DNA of 62,931 nt, filler included, from Octopus bimaculoides (lineage: Eukaryota), in NCBI RefSeq assembly GCF_001194135.2. It is 8 parts of 7 records of this genome, joined end to end, with 100 filler letters (N's around TTAATTAATTAA, not from the genome) between each part and the next. Parts side by side here need not be neighbours in the genome. Positions count along the whole stretch, not along the records: positions 14,663 to 37,828 come from NC_068995.1; positions 37,929 to 43,333 come from NC_069002.1; 6 more parts are not named here. The stretch is one strand, 5' to 3'. The position numbers and the translations under genes are program-made. The notes under the pieces were generated by a model, which was not told where the DNA came from, made no database searches, and saw nothing but the letters and a program-made list of their open reading frames with translations. How positions within the stretch are numbered: position 1 is the first letter of the stretch; every line of letters starts with the position of its first letter. Positions 24,505-38,439 of this stretch are shown one piece after another.

Positions 24505-26356
24505 TAATAATAATCTTTTCTACTATAGGCACAGGGCCTGAAATTGTGGGGGAGGGGACAAGTCGGTTACATCGACCCCCAGTACTCAACTGGTACTTAA
24601 TTTATCGACCCCGAAAGGATGAAAGGCAAAGTCGACCTCGGTGGAATTTGAACTCAGAATGTAATGAGTCAAACGAAGTGCTGCTAAGCATTCTGTCTGA
24701 CGCTCGCTCTTTTGACCACCCTTAATAAGAATTTCAAATACAGGTGCAAGACCGGAAATTTTGTGAAAAGGGTAAGTAGAGAAAAAAAAAATCAACTCAA
24801 TGACCAGTCTGGTACTTAATTTTGTTGTCTTTGAAAAGATGAAAAAGGAGGTTGACCTCGGAGAGAATTGAACTTGGAACGCAAAGATCCGGAACAAATG
24901 CCTCAACGCTCCAACGTTTCATAAATCCACTGCAATGATCACAAAAAGTATTAAAGTTACAAGTCGGAAATTTCAAAAAAGAATTCTGCCAGTTGTTCAG
25001 TTTATATAAATAAACTCAATACAAACGCAGACGGGTTTCTGATCTTCAAACCGGAAGCCGTGTTACGTCACTGTTATTCCCCTGTTATTGACCAACTTTC
25101 CGTCCAAATACAAATCATGGTTTTTCAATACATACATATATGTACACACACACACACACGCACACACACATATATATATACTAACTGGAGGATCTAAGAA
25201 TTTCGACTAAAAAGAAAATAGACAAGAAAAAAAGAAAATATATTAGCTCTCAAATCTGTGTACTATTTGTCTACTCACCAAAATGGTTGAATCTAAATGC
25301 CCCTCTCTATGAAAGCATATTTTTATGAAATTGCAGTGATGAACATAATCATTCCTTGAAAATTTAATGTCTCTTATCTAAAGTGATTGATAGTTTCCTT
25401 AGTTAAAAATCAATCATACGAGATTGACAGCCGCAGTGGCAAAATATTTCGTAGCGCACAACCGAACTAAGATGGTACCTAACAAACAGTAAGAAGAAAT
25501 ATTTCTTATAGTTTAGGAAACGGAAGTAATCATCAGAAACCGGAAATATCCTTTTCGATGATATAAATTCAGGAAAATAGGATAGTTATTCGAAGGAAAT
25601 ATCATTTTTGTGTATGCAACGCAGCTTTCATACAATACATTTGCGTATACGGACACACACACACATATATATATACATATATATATATATATANNNNNNN
25701 NNNNNNNNNNNNNNNNNNNNNNNNNNNNNNNNNNNNNNNNNNNNNNNNNNNNNNNNNNNNNNNNNNNNNNNNNNNNNNNNNNNNNNNNNNNNNNNNNNNN
25801 NNNNNNNNNNNNNNNNNNNNNNNNNNNNNNNNNNNNNNNNNNNNNNNNNNNNNNNNNNNNNNNNNNNNNNNNNNNNNNNNNNNNNNNNNNNNNNNNNNNN
25901 NNNNNNNNNNNNNNNNNNNNNNNNNNNNNNNNNNNNNNNNNNNNNNNNNNNNNNNNNNNNNNNNNNNNNNNNNNNNNNNNNNNNNNNNNNNNNNNNNNNN
26001 NNNNNNNNNNNNNNNNNNNNNNNNNNNNNNNNNNNNNNNNNNNNNNNNNNNNNNNNNNNNNNNNNNNNNNNNNNNNNNNNNNNNNNNNNNNNNNNNNNNN
26101 NNNNNNNNNNNNNNNNNNNNNNNNNNNNNNNNNNNNNNNNNNNNNNNNNNNNNNNNNNNNNNNNNNNNNNNNNNNNNNNNNNNNNNNNNNNNNNNNNNNN
26201 NNNNNNNNNNNNNNNNNNNNNNNNNNNNNNNNNNNNNNNNNNNNNNNNNNNNNNNNNNNNNNNNNNNNNNNNNNNNNNNNNNNNNNNNNNNNNNNNNNNN
26301 NNNNNNNNNNNNNNNNNNNNNNNNNNNNNNNNNNNNNNNNNNNNNNNNNNNNNNNN

Positions 26357-26402
<46 letters not shown>

Positions 26403-27321
26403 CACACAGACTTACATACTAATACACAAACAGACAAGCGCACATATGGATGATTCTCTGATATTAAGATTGTTATACGAGTCTTGATAAGTATATAAAC
26501 GAATTTGTATTCTAAACAAAGGAAAATAAAATAGATTATATCAATGGAAAGGAATAATAAATTATAAAAACTGAATTTCACAAATAATCAATTTCTGGTA
26601 TAACAATAGCATCTAATATATATATGTGTGTATGTATATTCATCGTCCAATATTATATTGCTTTTTATGGCATAGAACTGATGAGAGTGTTACCGGCGGT
26701 TTCGCGTCGAATATTGCTACTAGACAATATTGATGTTCTTCAGAAATGTTGGCCGGAAGCGCATCTAAAAATAAACCAAGTCTCTCTGTCTCTGTCTGTC
26801 CGCCTGACCTTCCCGCTCTCTTTCTCTGTAAACACACACACACACAATTATGTGTGTATGTATATTCTTTTATTTATACACTTGTTTTAGCCATTAGGCT
26901 GCGATTATGTTAGGTTACTGTCTTAAATTTTCTAGTCTATCATATTGTCCCTTAATTCAGAGTATTATTTTTTCGATCTATAGTCACCGAATCACTTTTA
27001 TTATCTTGTCATAACATACATGCTCGCACACGTTTACACATTACTTTTGTCGATCCAACAACAGGCATGTAACAATACGCTTTTAAAAGTAATCGCCTGT
27101 CGATAGGGCTAGCATATACAGTTAACGTAAAATCGACACTTTGTAAGGCAAAGTGATATCTAATTAACTGAAAACACCTTTAAAAACCGATATACTCAGT
27201 ATCTCCAATCGTTCACACATTGTAGCAACAGAAATAGAAATTTGTTATGAAGACACATTTCGTACTAAAAGGCGGGGGATTAAATAAATCGACAGTAAAA
27301 TGATGTATCATTGCGACAGCA

Positions 27322-27460
27322 AAACCGTACAACGGTTCTAGTTATATATGTAATTTATGCACGGCTGAGAAACTTAGCATATTCATTGTAAACCGTACAA
27401 CCGTGCTAGTTATATATGTAATTTATGCACGGCTGAGAAACTTAACATATTCATTGTACC
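27322..27460. repeat. 68-bp direct tandem duplication
   Basis: AAACCGTACAAC(G/C)GT(T/G)CTAGTTATATATGTAATTTATGCACGGCTGAGAAACTTA(G/A)CATATTCATTGT occurs twice in tandem. Confidence 0.9.
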
Positions 27461-27759
27461 TTAAAGCGTCTTATATATGAAAGAAAAACACATTTTCTGT
27501 TTGTTTACTCATGTAAAAATTCACTCATATCTTTGAACCATATTCTGTGGTGTTGCATTGAAATTAGAAACCGCTTTATTCCATTCTTTTTCTTTTAGTT
27601 GTTTCAGTGATTTGACTGCAGTCATGCTGGGGCACCGCCTTTAGTCGAGCAAATCAACCCCAGGACTTATTCTTTGTAAGCCCAGTACTTATTCTATCGG
27701 ACTCTTTTGCCGAACCGCTAAACAAACCAGCATCGGTTGTCAAGCGATGTTGGGGACAA

Positions 27760-27851
<92 letters not shown>

Positions 27852-28019
27852 CTGTCTGCCTGTCTGGTTTGTTGGTTTCTTCGTTTATGGTGGTTTTGGT
27901 GTTTGTCATACATTCAAATTGTGTGGTTGTCCTTTGGAATTTTAACTATTGGTAGTACTTATGTTAGGGCTTGTAGACAGCTTAGGAAAGTTTTGTTCCA
28001 TATATATCTTCTCTTATTC

Positions 28020-28055
28020 CTTTCTGCCGAAGAGCGTAGGCTCGAAACGTAAAAG
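28020..28055 (+). ncRNA. Minimal type I hammerhead-like motif with A6>C core variant
   Basis: CUUU CUGCCGA A GAGC guag GCUC GAAA CG UA AAAG. Helix I is 4 bp, helix II is 4 bp, helix III is palindromic ACGU, and the site is GUA. Confidence 0.55.
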
Positions 28056-29702
28056 ACTTTCTCACTTTCCCGAGCGTCTAACTAATACACCTGCTTGTTG
28101 TTCATACACCTGTCCTCGTCTTTTGTGTTTCTGTAAATTTGAACTAGAAAGCAATTGGCTCGTTTCTTCCTTTTTCCCTATCCCCTGTTTTCTTTTCACA
28201 GCGCGAGCTAAATTTGCATGTTTATCGACAAAAAGATACAGCTTACATTATAACGCTGTTTGTTGATAATGACTGCTGTGATAGTGGTGGTCATGATGGT
28301 TGAGGTGGTGAAGATTTTTATGGTTTGATGGTAGTGGTGGTGATAAAGGGTGTGTTAGTGGTAGTGGTGGTAGTGATGGTGAGGGTTTGATGATAGCTTT
28401 GGCGGCGAAGACGATGATGATGGAAGTGGTGACGGTTGTGGCGGTTGTGGTGGTGATGATGATGATGATGACGACGACAATGATGATGATTCATTCACAC
28501 TTTTTTGCTGTAAAGCATTGGACTACATAAGTGGCTAAAGCGATACGAAGGACAATCTGTTTCAGACACTTGACCTGGCCTGGGACACGCACATAGATAG
28601 CAGCTCTAGTGATGAGAGCTACTTGCCAGAAATAACAAGCAAAAAAAGCAAAAAAAAAAAAAANNNNNNNNNNAAAAAAAAAAAAAAAGGAAAAACAATC
28701 CCACCACCACCAAAAACACCCCCAAAAAAACCAACAAGCATCATCTTATTATCATACAACAAAACGCAAAAAAAAAAAGAATAAAATCTAATCTAGGAAC
28801 GATGTATTAACTAATGTATGTAGTTTCTTGATGTAAATATCTTGTAGAAAGAAAGAAAGAAAGAACGAAAGAAAGAACGAAAGAAAAAGAAGAAAGAGTG
28901 AGACGAGATTATCGATGCTGAAAGAACGCCTTTGATCATAAGGTCAACTCGATCGAGACTGACCTGTGTTTAAACAGCAACAACAAGAACTACAACATCA
29001 GCTGCAGCAGTAGTAGTAGTAGTAGCAGCAGCAACAGCAACAATGCTAGAGAAAGTAAATACAACAACAACAACAACAACAACAACGGCAGGAACAATGG
29101 TACAGAGAAACGAAACATAGGTTATGCTTTTATAGAACGCTAAGAAATTTTTCGAAGTCTAGGATGTAAAACTAAAGCGTGGTCTTCAGAAAAATTGTTA
29201 TTGAAGAAACATCACTCAAGGGAACTAAATAATTGGTTTTGTTATCGAAATAACCATCGCAATATAGAGTTTTCAATATCAGATTAATTTCTAATCTATA
29301 AAATGAAAACAACAACAACAACAACAACAACGAGAGGAAAACAAACACACACATACACACACACATACCAAAAAAAAAAATTACTCAAGGAACACGTGCT
29401 TGTGTGTGGCTTCGTATATGTGCGCATATGTATAGATAGATGTATGTGAGTGCATATATAAATATATACACATACATGGTTATGTATAACTGCATATATA
29501 TGTGTGTGCGTGTGTGTGTGTGAGTATGTGTGTGTGTATGTGTGTGTGTGTGTGTGTGTGCTGAAACGTACTTTCAAAAGGATACCATATAGTGAACTTT
29601 CATTTTTATACAATCACATATATGCGTGTACGATTGCGTATATTCATGTGCATATGTGTGTACACACACATGCACATACACACACACACGCACACACACA
29701 TA

Positions 29703-29761
<59 letters not shown>

Positions 29762-30381
29762 GTGTGTGTGTGTGTGTATGTATGTATTTCCTGTTCCGTA
29801 GCAGTTTATACGTTTCTATGTACGCATGCAAGTTTGTATGTGTTTATCGTTTCTTCTTCAAGCTTTTTTTTTTCTTGTATAAAAATCAAATTATTTCTTC
29901 GCTGTGCTCCCCCGCTCCCCCGGCATCCCCCCCCTCTCTCTGTTTGTTTTCTCTTCTTTGAATCGCGCTAAATTTAGAAACAAAGACACCCAATATCGAG
30001 GGAGGAGAGATGGAGCAGCAAAAATAAATACTTGAAGTTATCGCTGTATTTGTATATATATATAATTTTTTTTCTTTTATTCTTTTATTATTTTACTTGT
30101 TTCAGTCATTTGACTGCGGCCATGCTGGAGCACCGCCCTTTAGTCGAACAAATCGACCCCAGGACTTATTCTTTCTAAGCCTATTACTCATTCTATCGGG
30201 CTCCTTTGCCGAACCACTATATTTCGGGGACGTAAACGCACCAACATCGGTTGCCAAGCGATGGTGGGAGACAAACATATACACATATACAGTAATATAT
30301 ATATATACGCCGTTCCACGCAGTGGGACTGAACGCGGAACCATGTGGTTGGTAAGCAAGCTACTTACCACACATCCACTCC

Positions 30382-30422
<41 letters not shown>

Positions 30423-32169
30423 ATATATATATATATATGTATGTATGTGTGTGTAATCGCTCGTTGATCGAGCTTTTGGTTTTCTTGTAAATATTCTTGC
30501 TTGTGTGTGTGTGTATGTGTGTGTACCTGTGTGGTCGTGCACTTGTGTGCGTATGTATACTTGCGTGTGTAAGTATTTGGATACTTGTGTGTGCGTACGT
30601 GTGTGAGTATATATGTGTGAGCGTGTATGTATCCTTCTTTTGCATACCTATGTGCATGTAAATGCTTTTGTATGTATGCATACATTTGCGCGTGAGCTGC
30701 TTTGCGTGTGTAATATGGTTAGGTACACGTGCGCATGCGTCTGTATGTTAGTGTGAGCGTGTATATGTGTATATGTTTATGCGTGCATGTGTGTGCTTGC
30801 GTGCATATGCACCTTGGTGAAACAACTAAGATATGAGAGTGGTGATAAGAAAACGGTAAAATGGAATGAATAACAAGGAAGAATTATAAAAGAGATTCTG
30901 TTACAAGGTTGCATCAAAGATTGTCTTCCGCGATTTTTTCTTCTTCTAAATTTAACTTCCACCAATATCTATATTTGTTTTGAAGCTGTTTCCAATGACT
31001 CCATTTTTACCATTCCATTTTCAACAAACACTGAATATCTTCATCCATTTTCTTCCGACTAACGTTTCTTTGGGTTTTAAAGAAGATTCCTCATTCACTC
31101 CCTCACTCCCCACCTCTCTCTCTCTCACCATTCTTACTAATCCATTTTTAACATTCTAGATATTTTACACCAAATTTTCTTCCACCAATATCTATTTTAG
31201 TTTCAAAGCAGGTCGATCTATTTCCATTTTTACCATTCCTTTTTCTTTATTCAATAGGCTACACCTTCTATATCCAATTTAATTCTTCCAATATCTATTT
31301 TGGTTTCGAAGCAAGTTGATCTGCTTCCATTCTTACCATCTTTAAAAAAAAATTCCAACAATATTCCCCCTCTCTATGTAACTTTTCAAGACGGTTATTT
31401 GGCGGAGTCGTTACAGTGTCCGATTAATTGCTTAGCGAAATTCCTTCGATTCTCTACGATCACAGTTCCAATATGTTGAGAACAAACTTTGCTTGTCATC
31501 TATTCAGAGACCAAGAAATAAAGTACCAATCTCTTGGAACAAATATATTCACTCCTTTACTATAAAGGCTGCGGAGAATTTTGGGTCTCTCTTCGGTGCT
31601 TACAAATTTCTTACGCAAGAAAGTATCTTGTACCTCTAAGAGGCTACCATTCGATTTTGCCTTTATATTGGTTTCAAATTCGGGCACAAGGCCAGCAATT
31701 TCAGGACGGTGGGTAAGTCGGTTACATAGACACCAGCAGTGCTCAACTGGCACTTATTTTATCGACTCCGATGAAAGGATGAACGATAAAGTCAGTATCG
31801 GCGGAATTTGAACTCAGAACACAAAGACGGATGGAATGCTGCTTATCGATTTGCCTGTCATGCTATCGATTCTTCCAGCTCGTCGCCATCGATTTTACAT
31901 TGATATTAAGCGGTGCCATCGATCTTCCATTAATATTAAGGCGGCGAGCTGGCAGAATCGTTAGCACGCCGGGCGAAATGCTTAGCGGTATTTCGTCTGC
32001 CGTTACGTTCCGAGTTCAAATTCCGTCGAGGTTGACTTTGCCTTTCATCCATTCAGAGTCGATTAAATAAGTACCAGTTACGCACTGGGGTCGATATAAT
32101 CGACTTAATCCCTTTGTTTATCCTCTCTATGTTTAGCCCCCCTGTGGGCAATCAACAAATAGATTAATA

Positions 32170-33600
32170 TTGGGCTCAGATTGGGTTCAAAGTTTTGATA
32201 AAACAGCAATGAAAACCTTGGGGATAAAAATATATCAAGGAATTTACAAATGGGATTGTCATCAGTTCAATCGAGAACTTTCGAAATGTTTCGGTATTAA
32301 TAATCGAACAGCGAATAACATTGTCAACAGTTTGATTAAAGGAGAACATCTAAGTAAAAAAATAAATAAATAAAAGAGATCTGGGAGCCCGCGGAAAGTT
32401 TCTAAGAGAGTAGAGAATGGAGTTTAGGGGGAAGTTATGAAATATCAATATAGAATTGTTAGAAAGATTGCAGATTCTTTTGATACGTCATCGTATTGCA
32501 TAAGAATAATATCAAAAGACCTTGAATATCAATGGAGTGTTGCAAGGAAGAAGTCGATGATTTAAAAAGCTTAATAAGACCAACGGTTCAACTGGACTGA
32601 AGATTCCTGTAACAAGGAAGACGAATTTTGGTCACAATTGATATGGTTCAATGAAAGCAAATTCTTTCATATTTTCCAGTTCAAGGCAGTTGAACAAAAC
32701 TGAAGCATGGGATCCGAATTCTTTGCAAAGAACAATGAAACATGGAAGAGTTGGAGTTATGGTATAGGGGAGCAGTTTGTATGACACACAGATAGGAATT
32801 AATGGTTGTTGAGAGGCCCAAAATATTGTCAAGACAAATACTTGAAAAGGGTTTATTTACTATCTATTCTAATGTACAAATTGACAAGACCTTTTTTTCA
32901 AGATGAATTAGTGCCTCCTGCCTTACATGCTTAGAAAATAACTCGCGGAATCGAATCAGCGAAATGGGCTGCTCAAACCAATTTTTGTTCAAAATCACTT
33001 AAACGACCCCAAATACTGTCAGGTCAAATACTTGAAAAGGGTTTATTACTTATGTAGTCTTATGTTGAAATTAACAAGAAAACCTTTTTTGAAGCAGAAT
33101 AGAGCCTTTTGCAACAATAAACAAAGAAAATGACTCGTGGAATCGAATCACTGAAATGGGCTTCTCAAACTAATTTTTGTTGAAAATCATTTAAATGGCG
33201 CCCCCAAATCCTGTCAAGTCAAATACTTGAAAAAGGTTTATTACATATCTATTCTAATGTAGAAATTAACAAGAAGACCAGCTTTTTTCTTTCTTTCTCA
33301 AGAAGATGGAGCTCCCTGTCATACAAGCTTAGAAAATAACTCTGAATTGAATCACTGAATTGGGTTGTTCAAAACCTCCATCTTAATACAATAGAACACA
33401 TATAGGAACATCTTGATAGCAGATTGCGAGCAAGATAGTCGAAAATAACATCAATTACAGAGCTGAAAGAAGCATTGACAGAAGAGTGGATAAACATGGA
33501 TCAGTCTGTCATTCATAATTTAATCAAATCCATGCCTAATCGGGTAAAAGCCAAGATATTAGCTAAAAGAGGGCCTACAAAATAATGAGAGAATCTTCAT
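32170..33600 (+). mobile_element. Tc1-family transposase relic with a triplicated internal segment
   Basis: Broken frames: NRELSKCFGINNRTANNIV (HTH), FWSQLIWFNESKF (D1), TMKHG..GVMV, QEDGAPCHT (D2), LNTIEHI*EHL...EEW...NLIKSMPNRVKAKILAKRGPTK* (Tc1 C-terminus). Confidence 0.8.
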
Positions 33601-33830
33601 TTACTTTGGATAATTTTTTATGAAGTTATTACAAGTTAAATTAACGTTGTGTTTTATAACTTTGGCTATAAAGTTAATGTAGACCCACCGTATGCTATTT
33701 AAATCAGCTTCTCCAAAAGGAACAGCATGTCAGTAATAAATAGAATTAAGGATCACAGCTAAAGTTAATGTGATTATCGCACGCATGTTTCCTTCTGTGA
33801 TCACACGCGCAAACACACACATCATTATCC

Positions 33831-33865
<35 letters not shown>

Positions 33866-34584
33866 CTCTATATGCATATATACATACATACATACATACA
33901 CACACATATGCATAAAATATGTGCGTGTATATATGTATAGACACGTGTGCATATACGTGCGTGTGTGTATGTGCATGTGTATTTATACTATTATGTATAT
34001 GGAATGTGTATGAGCATTACGTCATGTATGCAGAAATCCGCAGATACGGGGGCAAACGATGTAGTTGATTTAATTGACCTCCGGAACGACACAAGGCGAA
34101 ATCAATAACACCAGGATTTGAGCTTTGAACAAATGGCAACATAATTAAATAATTATTTTATGCGAATAAAATAGTGCAGTTAAATGAGTAAAAAAAAACA
34201 TACTACAGTATCAATTCTGAGTAGATACTGTCGGTAATGCATTCACACAGCAAAAAGTAGATACGTGGATCTAATCCTGTCAGTGAATCTTTGCCTTTCA
34301 TTTTGTTGAAGATTTGTCGTTATGATGTCTAATTATCGGTTTCAAATTTCGGCACAAGGCCAGCAGTTACGGGTGAGAGGGGTCAGTCGATTACAACAAG
34401 CCCAGTGCTCAGCTGGTACTTATTTTATCGACCCTAAAAGGGAGGAAAGGCAAAGTCGACCGCAGCGGAATTTGAACTCAGAACGTAAAGACAGACGAAA
34501 TGCTACTAGGCATTTCGTCCGTCGTATTTACGTTTCTGCCAGCTCACTACCTTATAATATGTCTAATTATCAATCACATTAATA

Positions 34585-35888
34585 GACCTAATAATTCATT
34601 AATATTTCCGTTTTTTGGCAGTAAATTGTAACGACACATTTGTAACTTCATATGTTGAAACCTGAAATGGAATCCACCATTTTTAAAAGAGCTTCATCTA
34701 TCATTCATACGTAAGCAGTGGAAGTGTGCACTTCCCCTAAAATTGATGAACTGAAAGTGCATATTCGACACGTGATGCTGTGGGATTTTAAGAATGATAA
34801 AAAAGCCCCCCCCCCTCCCCTGAAAAAATCCCCTAGAAAACTCCACAGAAACAGATAGGAGAATGTACAGTATGTATAGCCGAAGTGTCATTACTAATTG
34901 GCAAATGCGAAATTGGCTTTCAAAATTTCGTTCCGGAGATTTTTCATTGAGAGATCAACTCAGATCAGAACGCTCATCAGATTTCGATGAAGATGCTTGA
35001 AGAGAATTAGTGGAATCCAATCCTCGTAAAAGTACTCGGGAATTAGCAATTGGCCTCAATACACCCCGATCCATCATCTGGCGCCACTTTGAAAAGATAG
35101 GAAAAGTCAATAAGCTGGGTGTTTGGGTTCCTAGTATTCTCAGTGAGAAGAATAGGGAAGATCGCATATCCATAGCAAGAAGTCTTCTTTCAAGACAGAG
35201 AAATGACCCGATTCTCGATAATATCATTACAAGTGATGAAAAAGGGGTCTTTTATGACAATGTTCAACGCAAAAGGATAAATCTTCACAACCTACCCCAA
35301 ACGCTGAGCTCTATGAAAGGAAGGTTATGTTCTGTGTGTGGTGGGATAACCGCAGTGTTATTCATTTTGAGGTTTTAAACTGCAATCAAACACAAAATGA
35401 CGAATTATATTCTCAACAGGTGAAACATGTGCATGAAAATCTTTTAAGAAAACGCCCTGCAGTCGTCAGTAGGAGAAACGCTGTGCTTCTCCGTGATAAC
35501 GTCAGACGACATACAGCAAGAATCACGCAGGCTAAAATATTGGATTTGGGCTGTTCTGCTCTACCCCGTCCACCTTATTCACCAGACCTTGCAACAACAG
35601 ATTTCTATTTTTCTCGCTGACTACAAAATGCTCTGACGGGGAAAATTTTTTTCTCAAAAAGATCAAGTGAAAACGTTTGTGGAAAGCTTCTTCGTGTCGA
35701 AGACAACTGAATTTTAACTCAAGAGGAATCAAAACTCGAGAAGAATCAAAGAGCTACTTGATAAATGGCAAGAGGTCATTCAAAATAATGGCAATCATAC
35801 TAATAATTGAGAATTATTCTCTATAAGATGCTTTCATGAGTAAAGGTGTTTAACAAAATCGGAAATTATTTATGACTCAACTCAGTAT
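34585..35888 (+). pseudogene. Near full-length mariner element with a frameshifted transposase
   Basis: HIRHVMLWDF..., WVPSILSE, IITSDEK, FEVL...YSQQ, LRDNVRRHT, PYSPDLATTDF motifs. Degenerate TIRs (...CATTAATATTTCCG / CGGAAATTATTTATG...). About 1.3 kb. Confidence 0.88.
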
Positions 35889-36524
35889 CTAGTTTTGTTG
35901 TGATTTTATTTGTAACAACTATGAAATTTATTGTTACCGTTGTTGCTTTTGTTTTTGGTGTCTTTGAGAGAAGAAAGCTTTCGAATGGCCCCTGTTTGGC
36001 TACATTTGAAACCTTTATGTTTTCTGCCTGCCACCACACCCCACTCTTGTTCTTTCCTCATGATCAGTGTCTTTTTTTTTTTTTACCTATGGGTCCCTTT
36101 AATATCTTTGGACCCTCACAGCCATTCGATATTTAAAAGAATCCATTTGTGTCTTTATAATTAAATATTATTTATAATTTTTAAAAAACTTTGTTAAAAT
36201 ATTTTGTGTATTATAAAAGCAGAGCAAGTTTATTGCGCATAAATTTTTACAACAAAATCTTATATGGCTCCCCGAAGGTCATACGGACCCCGGTGAAGGA
36301 CGACTGCTCATGATCTATATAAAATAAAATATAATTACTAGAGGGGGGCCTAACATCGCTGGCAATTGTGTTCTCTAAGCCGTGTTTAAGTTAAATATAC
36401 ATATTACCGTTAATTGCAATATATTTTGTTTGGTAAGTTCGCCGCCATCAATTCACCGCAAGGAAAATTGACCGCCATCAATTCACCGTGAGAAAATACA
36501 TCCATTGTATCTTAACATTAATAG

Positions 36525-37828
36525 CACTGTACAACAAATTTTAGGACCAGGAAAAAAACATAGTTCTTATGTACATATTTTTATGAAGTTGATTGTGCTA
36601 AATTCAAATTTTATAACAAAAATTTCCCATCACGTCGCATTTTCTTGTAAATTACCGATTTAATAACTATGCAGTTTATATTTATTTCCACGATACTATT
36701 AATTTATTTTGCTCCCAAGGTCAGATTAAATATCTCCATTGTAATTAATTCATAAATATAGAATAAATCAGCATGTTCGATAGCATTATATAATGTATTA
36801 ACCGACATTTTAGCATTAATTCTTCGTTTATAAGACGTCTCGGGTGTGTGACGCTTCAAGCTCCAACAGAAGTCAGCCAGCATATTTAGGCTCTATTTTC
36901 CCTTATACCTGTTTTCTATTGACGCTATATCTTGATGGAAACTCTCTCCATGTTCATCACTCACATCTCTTGCATTCTCTGGGAGGAAGGACAGATGAGA
37001 ATAAAGAAAGTGTATCTTCAGTGACATACTGTATCTGAGATCTTGGTCACACTTTGCATACATCTTTGAATGCATGCCAGGCCGCTAGTTCAGTTTCATT
37101 CATTCTCGCCTCGAAGTCCTCATCAGCTATAAGTTGACGAATCTAAGGGCCTACGAATATGCCTTCTTTAATCTTGGCATCACTTATTTTAGGGACGATC
37201 GCCTGAGGTACTCGAAACATGGTTTGTTATGCTGCAGTGCGGTGGTAAATTGCTTCATTAAGCCTAGTTTTATATTCAGTTGTGGCAAAATGATTTTCTC
37301 GTACTTAACTAGTGGCTCATGGTTTACATTATGGCATCTCGGCGTTATAGTTTCCCGAAGTGGCCATTTTGAGCATACATAATGTTCTGATCTGGTCTTA
37401 CTGTTCTACTTGCAAAGGAAGCGCATAACCTTGGTGTATCCAGCTTGTTGCCCATTAAGTAGGCCTGCTATTTTCAAGTCCGCACAATTAGCCACTTATG
37501 CTCCTTGTAACTTATGCGGTCTAGAATAAAAGCGAGGTTCTCGTATATCTCTCTTAAAATGATTGAGTGAGTAATTAGAACTGAAGGCATTGTGTTCCCA
37601 ATGTGCAACAGAACCACTTTTATACTGTAAAGAGATTCATCTATGAATAACCTCCATTCATTTGGTTCATAGATCAACTCAAGGGCATAGAATAGGTCTC
37701 TGATATCATTACAATAGGTCAAGTTGTTTTCCATAGCGAAAAATTGCTGTAGATCTGCAGGACGCTTCCTAAATACTGTAATTCAAGCATCTTTATTCAA
37801 CAGGTTCCATTGTTGTAGACGTGAAGCC
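36525..37828 (-). mobile_element. DDE transposon relic with insertion-domain transposase, probably Chapaev3-like (CMC)
   Basis: Minus-strand frames EWRLFIDESL..IKVVLLHIGN and MSLKIHFLYSHL..LPEN..DVSDEHGESFHQDI, with a CACTG terminus at 36525. Cut by the linker at 37829. The superfamily label is recalled, not searched. Confidence 0.65.
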
Positions 37829-38439
37829 NNNNNNNNNNNNNNNNNNNNNNNNNNNNNNNNNNNNNNNNNNNNTTAATTAATTAANNNNNNNNNNNNNNNN
37901 NNNNNNNNNNNNNNNNNNNNNNNNNNNNATATATATATATATATATATATATACATACACCGTTTTTTAGAAAAACATAAAATTCGGAGAGCGCACTCTG
38001 AAAAGTAGAGCAGTCTATATTTATCACTAGTGAAGGCCACTTTATAAGGTTACCCTGGATTTTTTGCCATGAAAAGGTATCCTTTATGGCGGGAAACCCA
38101 GGTAAGCCTAGAAACTGGCCTTCACCAGTAATAAATAAATAAATGTGTGTGTGTGTGTGTGTTGATTCAGCAGAAGTGATCAATTACAGCACTCTATACA
38201 AATATGGAGTATTCTTTTAAGAGAGAGAGAGACAGAGAGAAAGACATTCTAACTGAAAGGCTCCGATTTCCAGTCATCAGTTGGTGACTGAGCCTGGTTT
38301 TCTTTTGAATCTTCACTGTATACTGTATACCGAAGTGAATGTTATAACAATCCAACATTTTAAGGATACAACAGTAATTGACCTTTCCCTTAAAGTTACA
38401 AGCCTTGTGCCTATAACAGAATGGATTATTAATGACATA

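Noticed and set aside
37095-37130. Minus-strand CTGATGAGGACTTCG as a hammerhead
   Set aside because: No GAAA after helix II; it lies inside the transposase frame (ADEDFEA).
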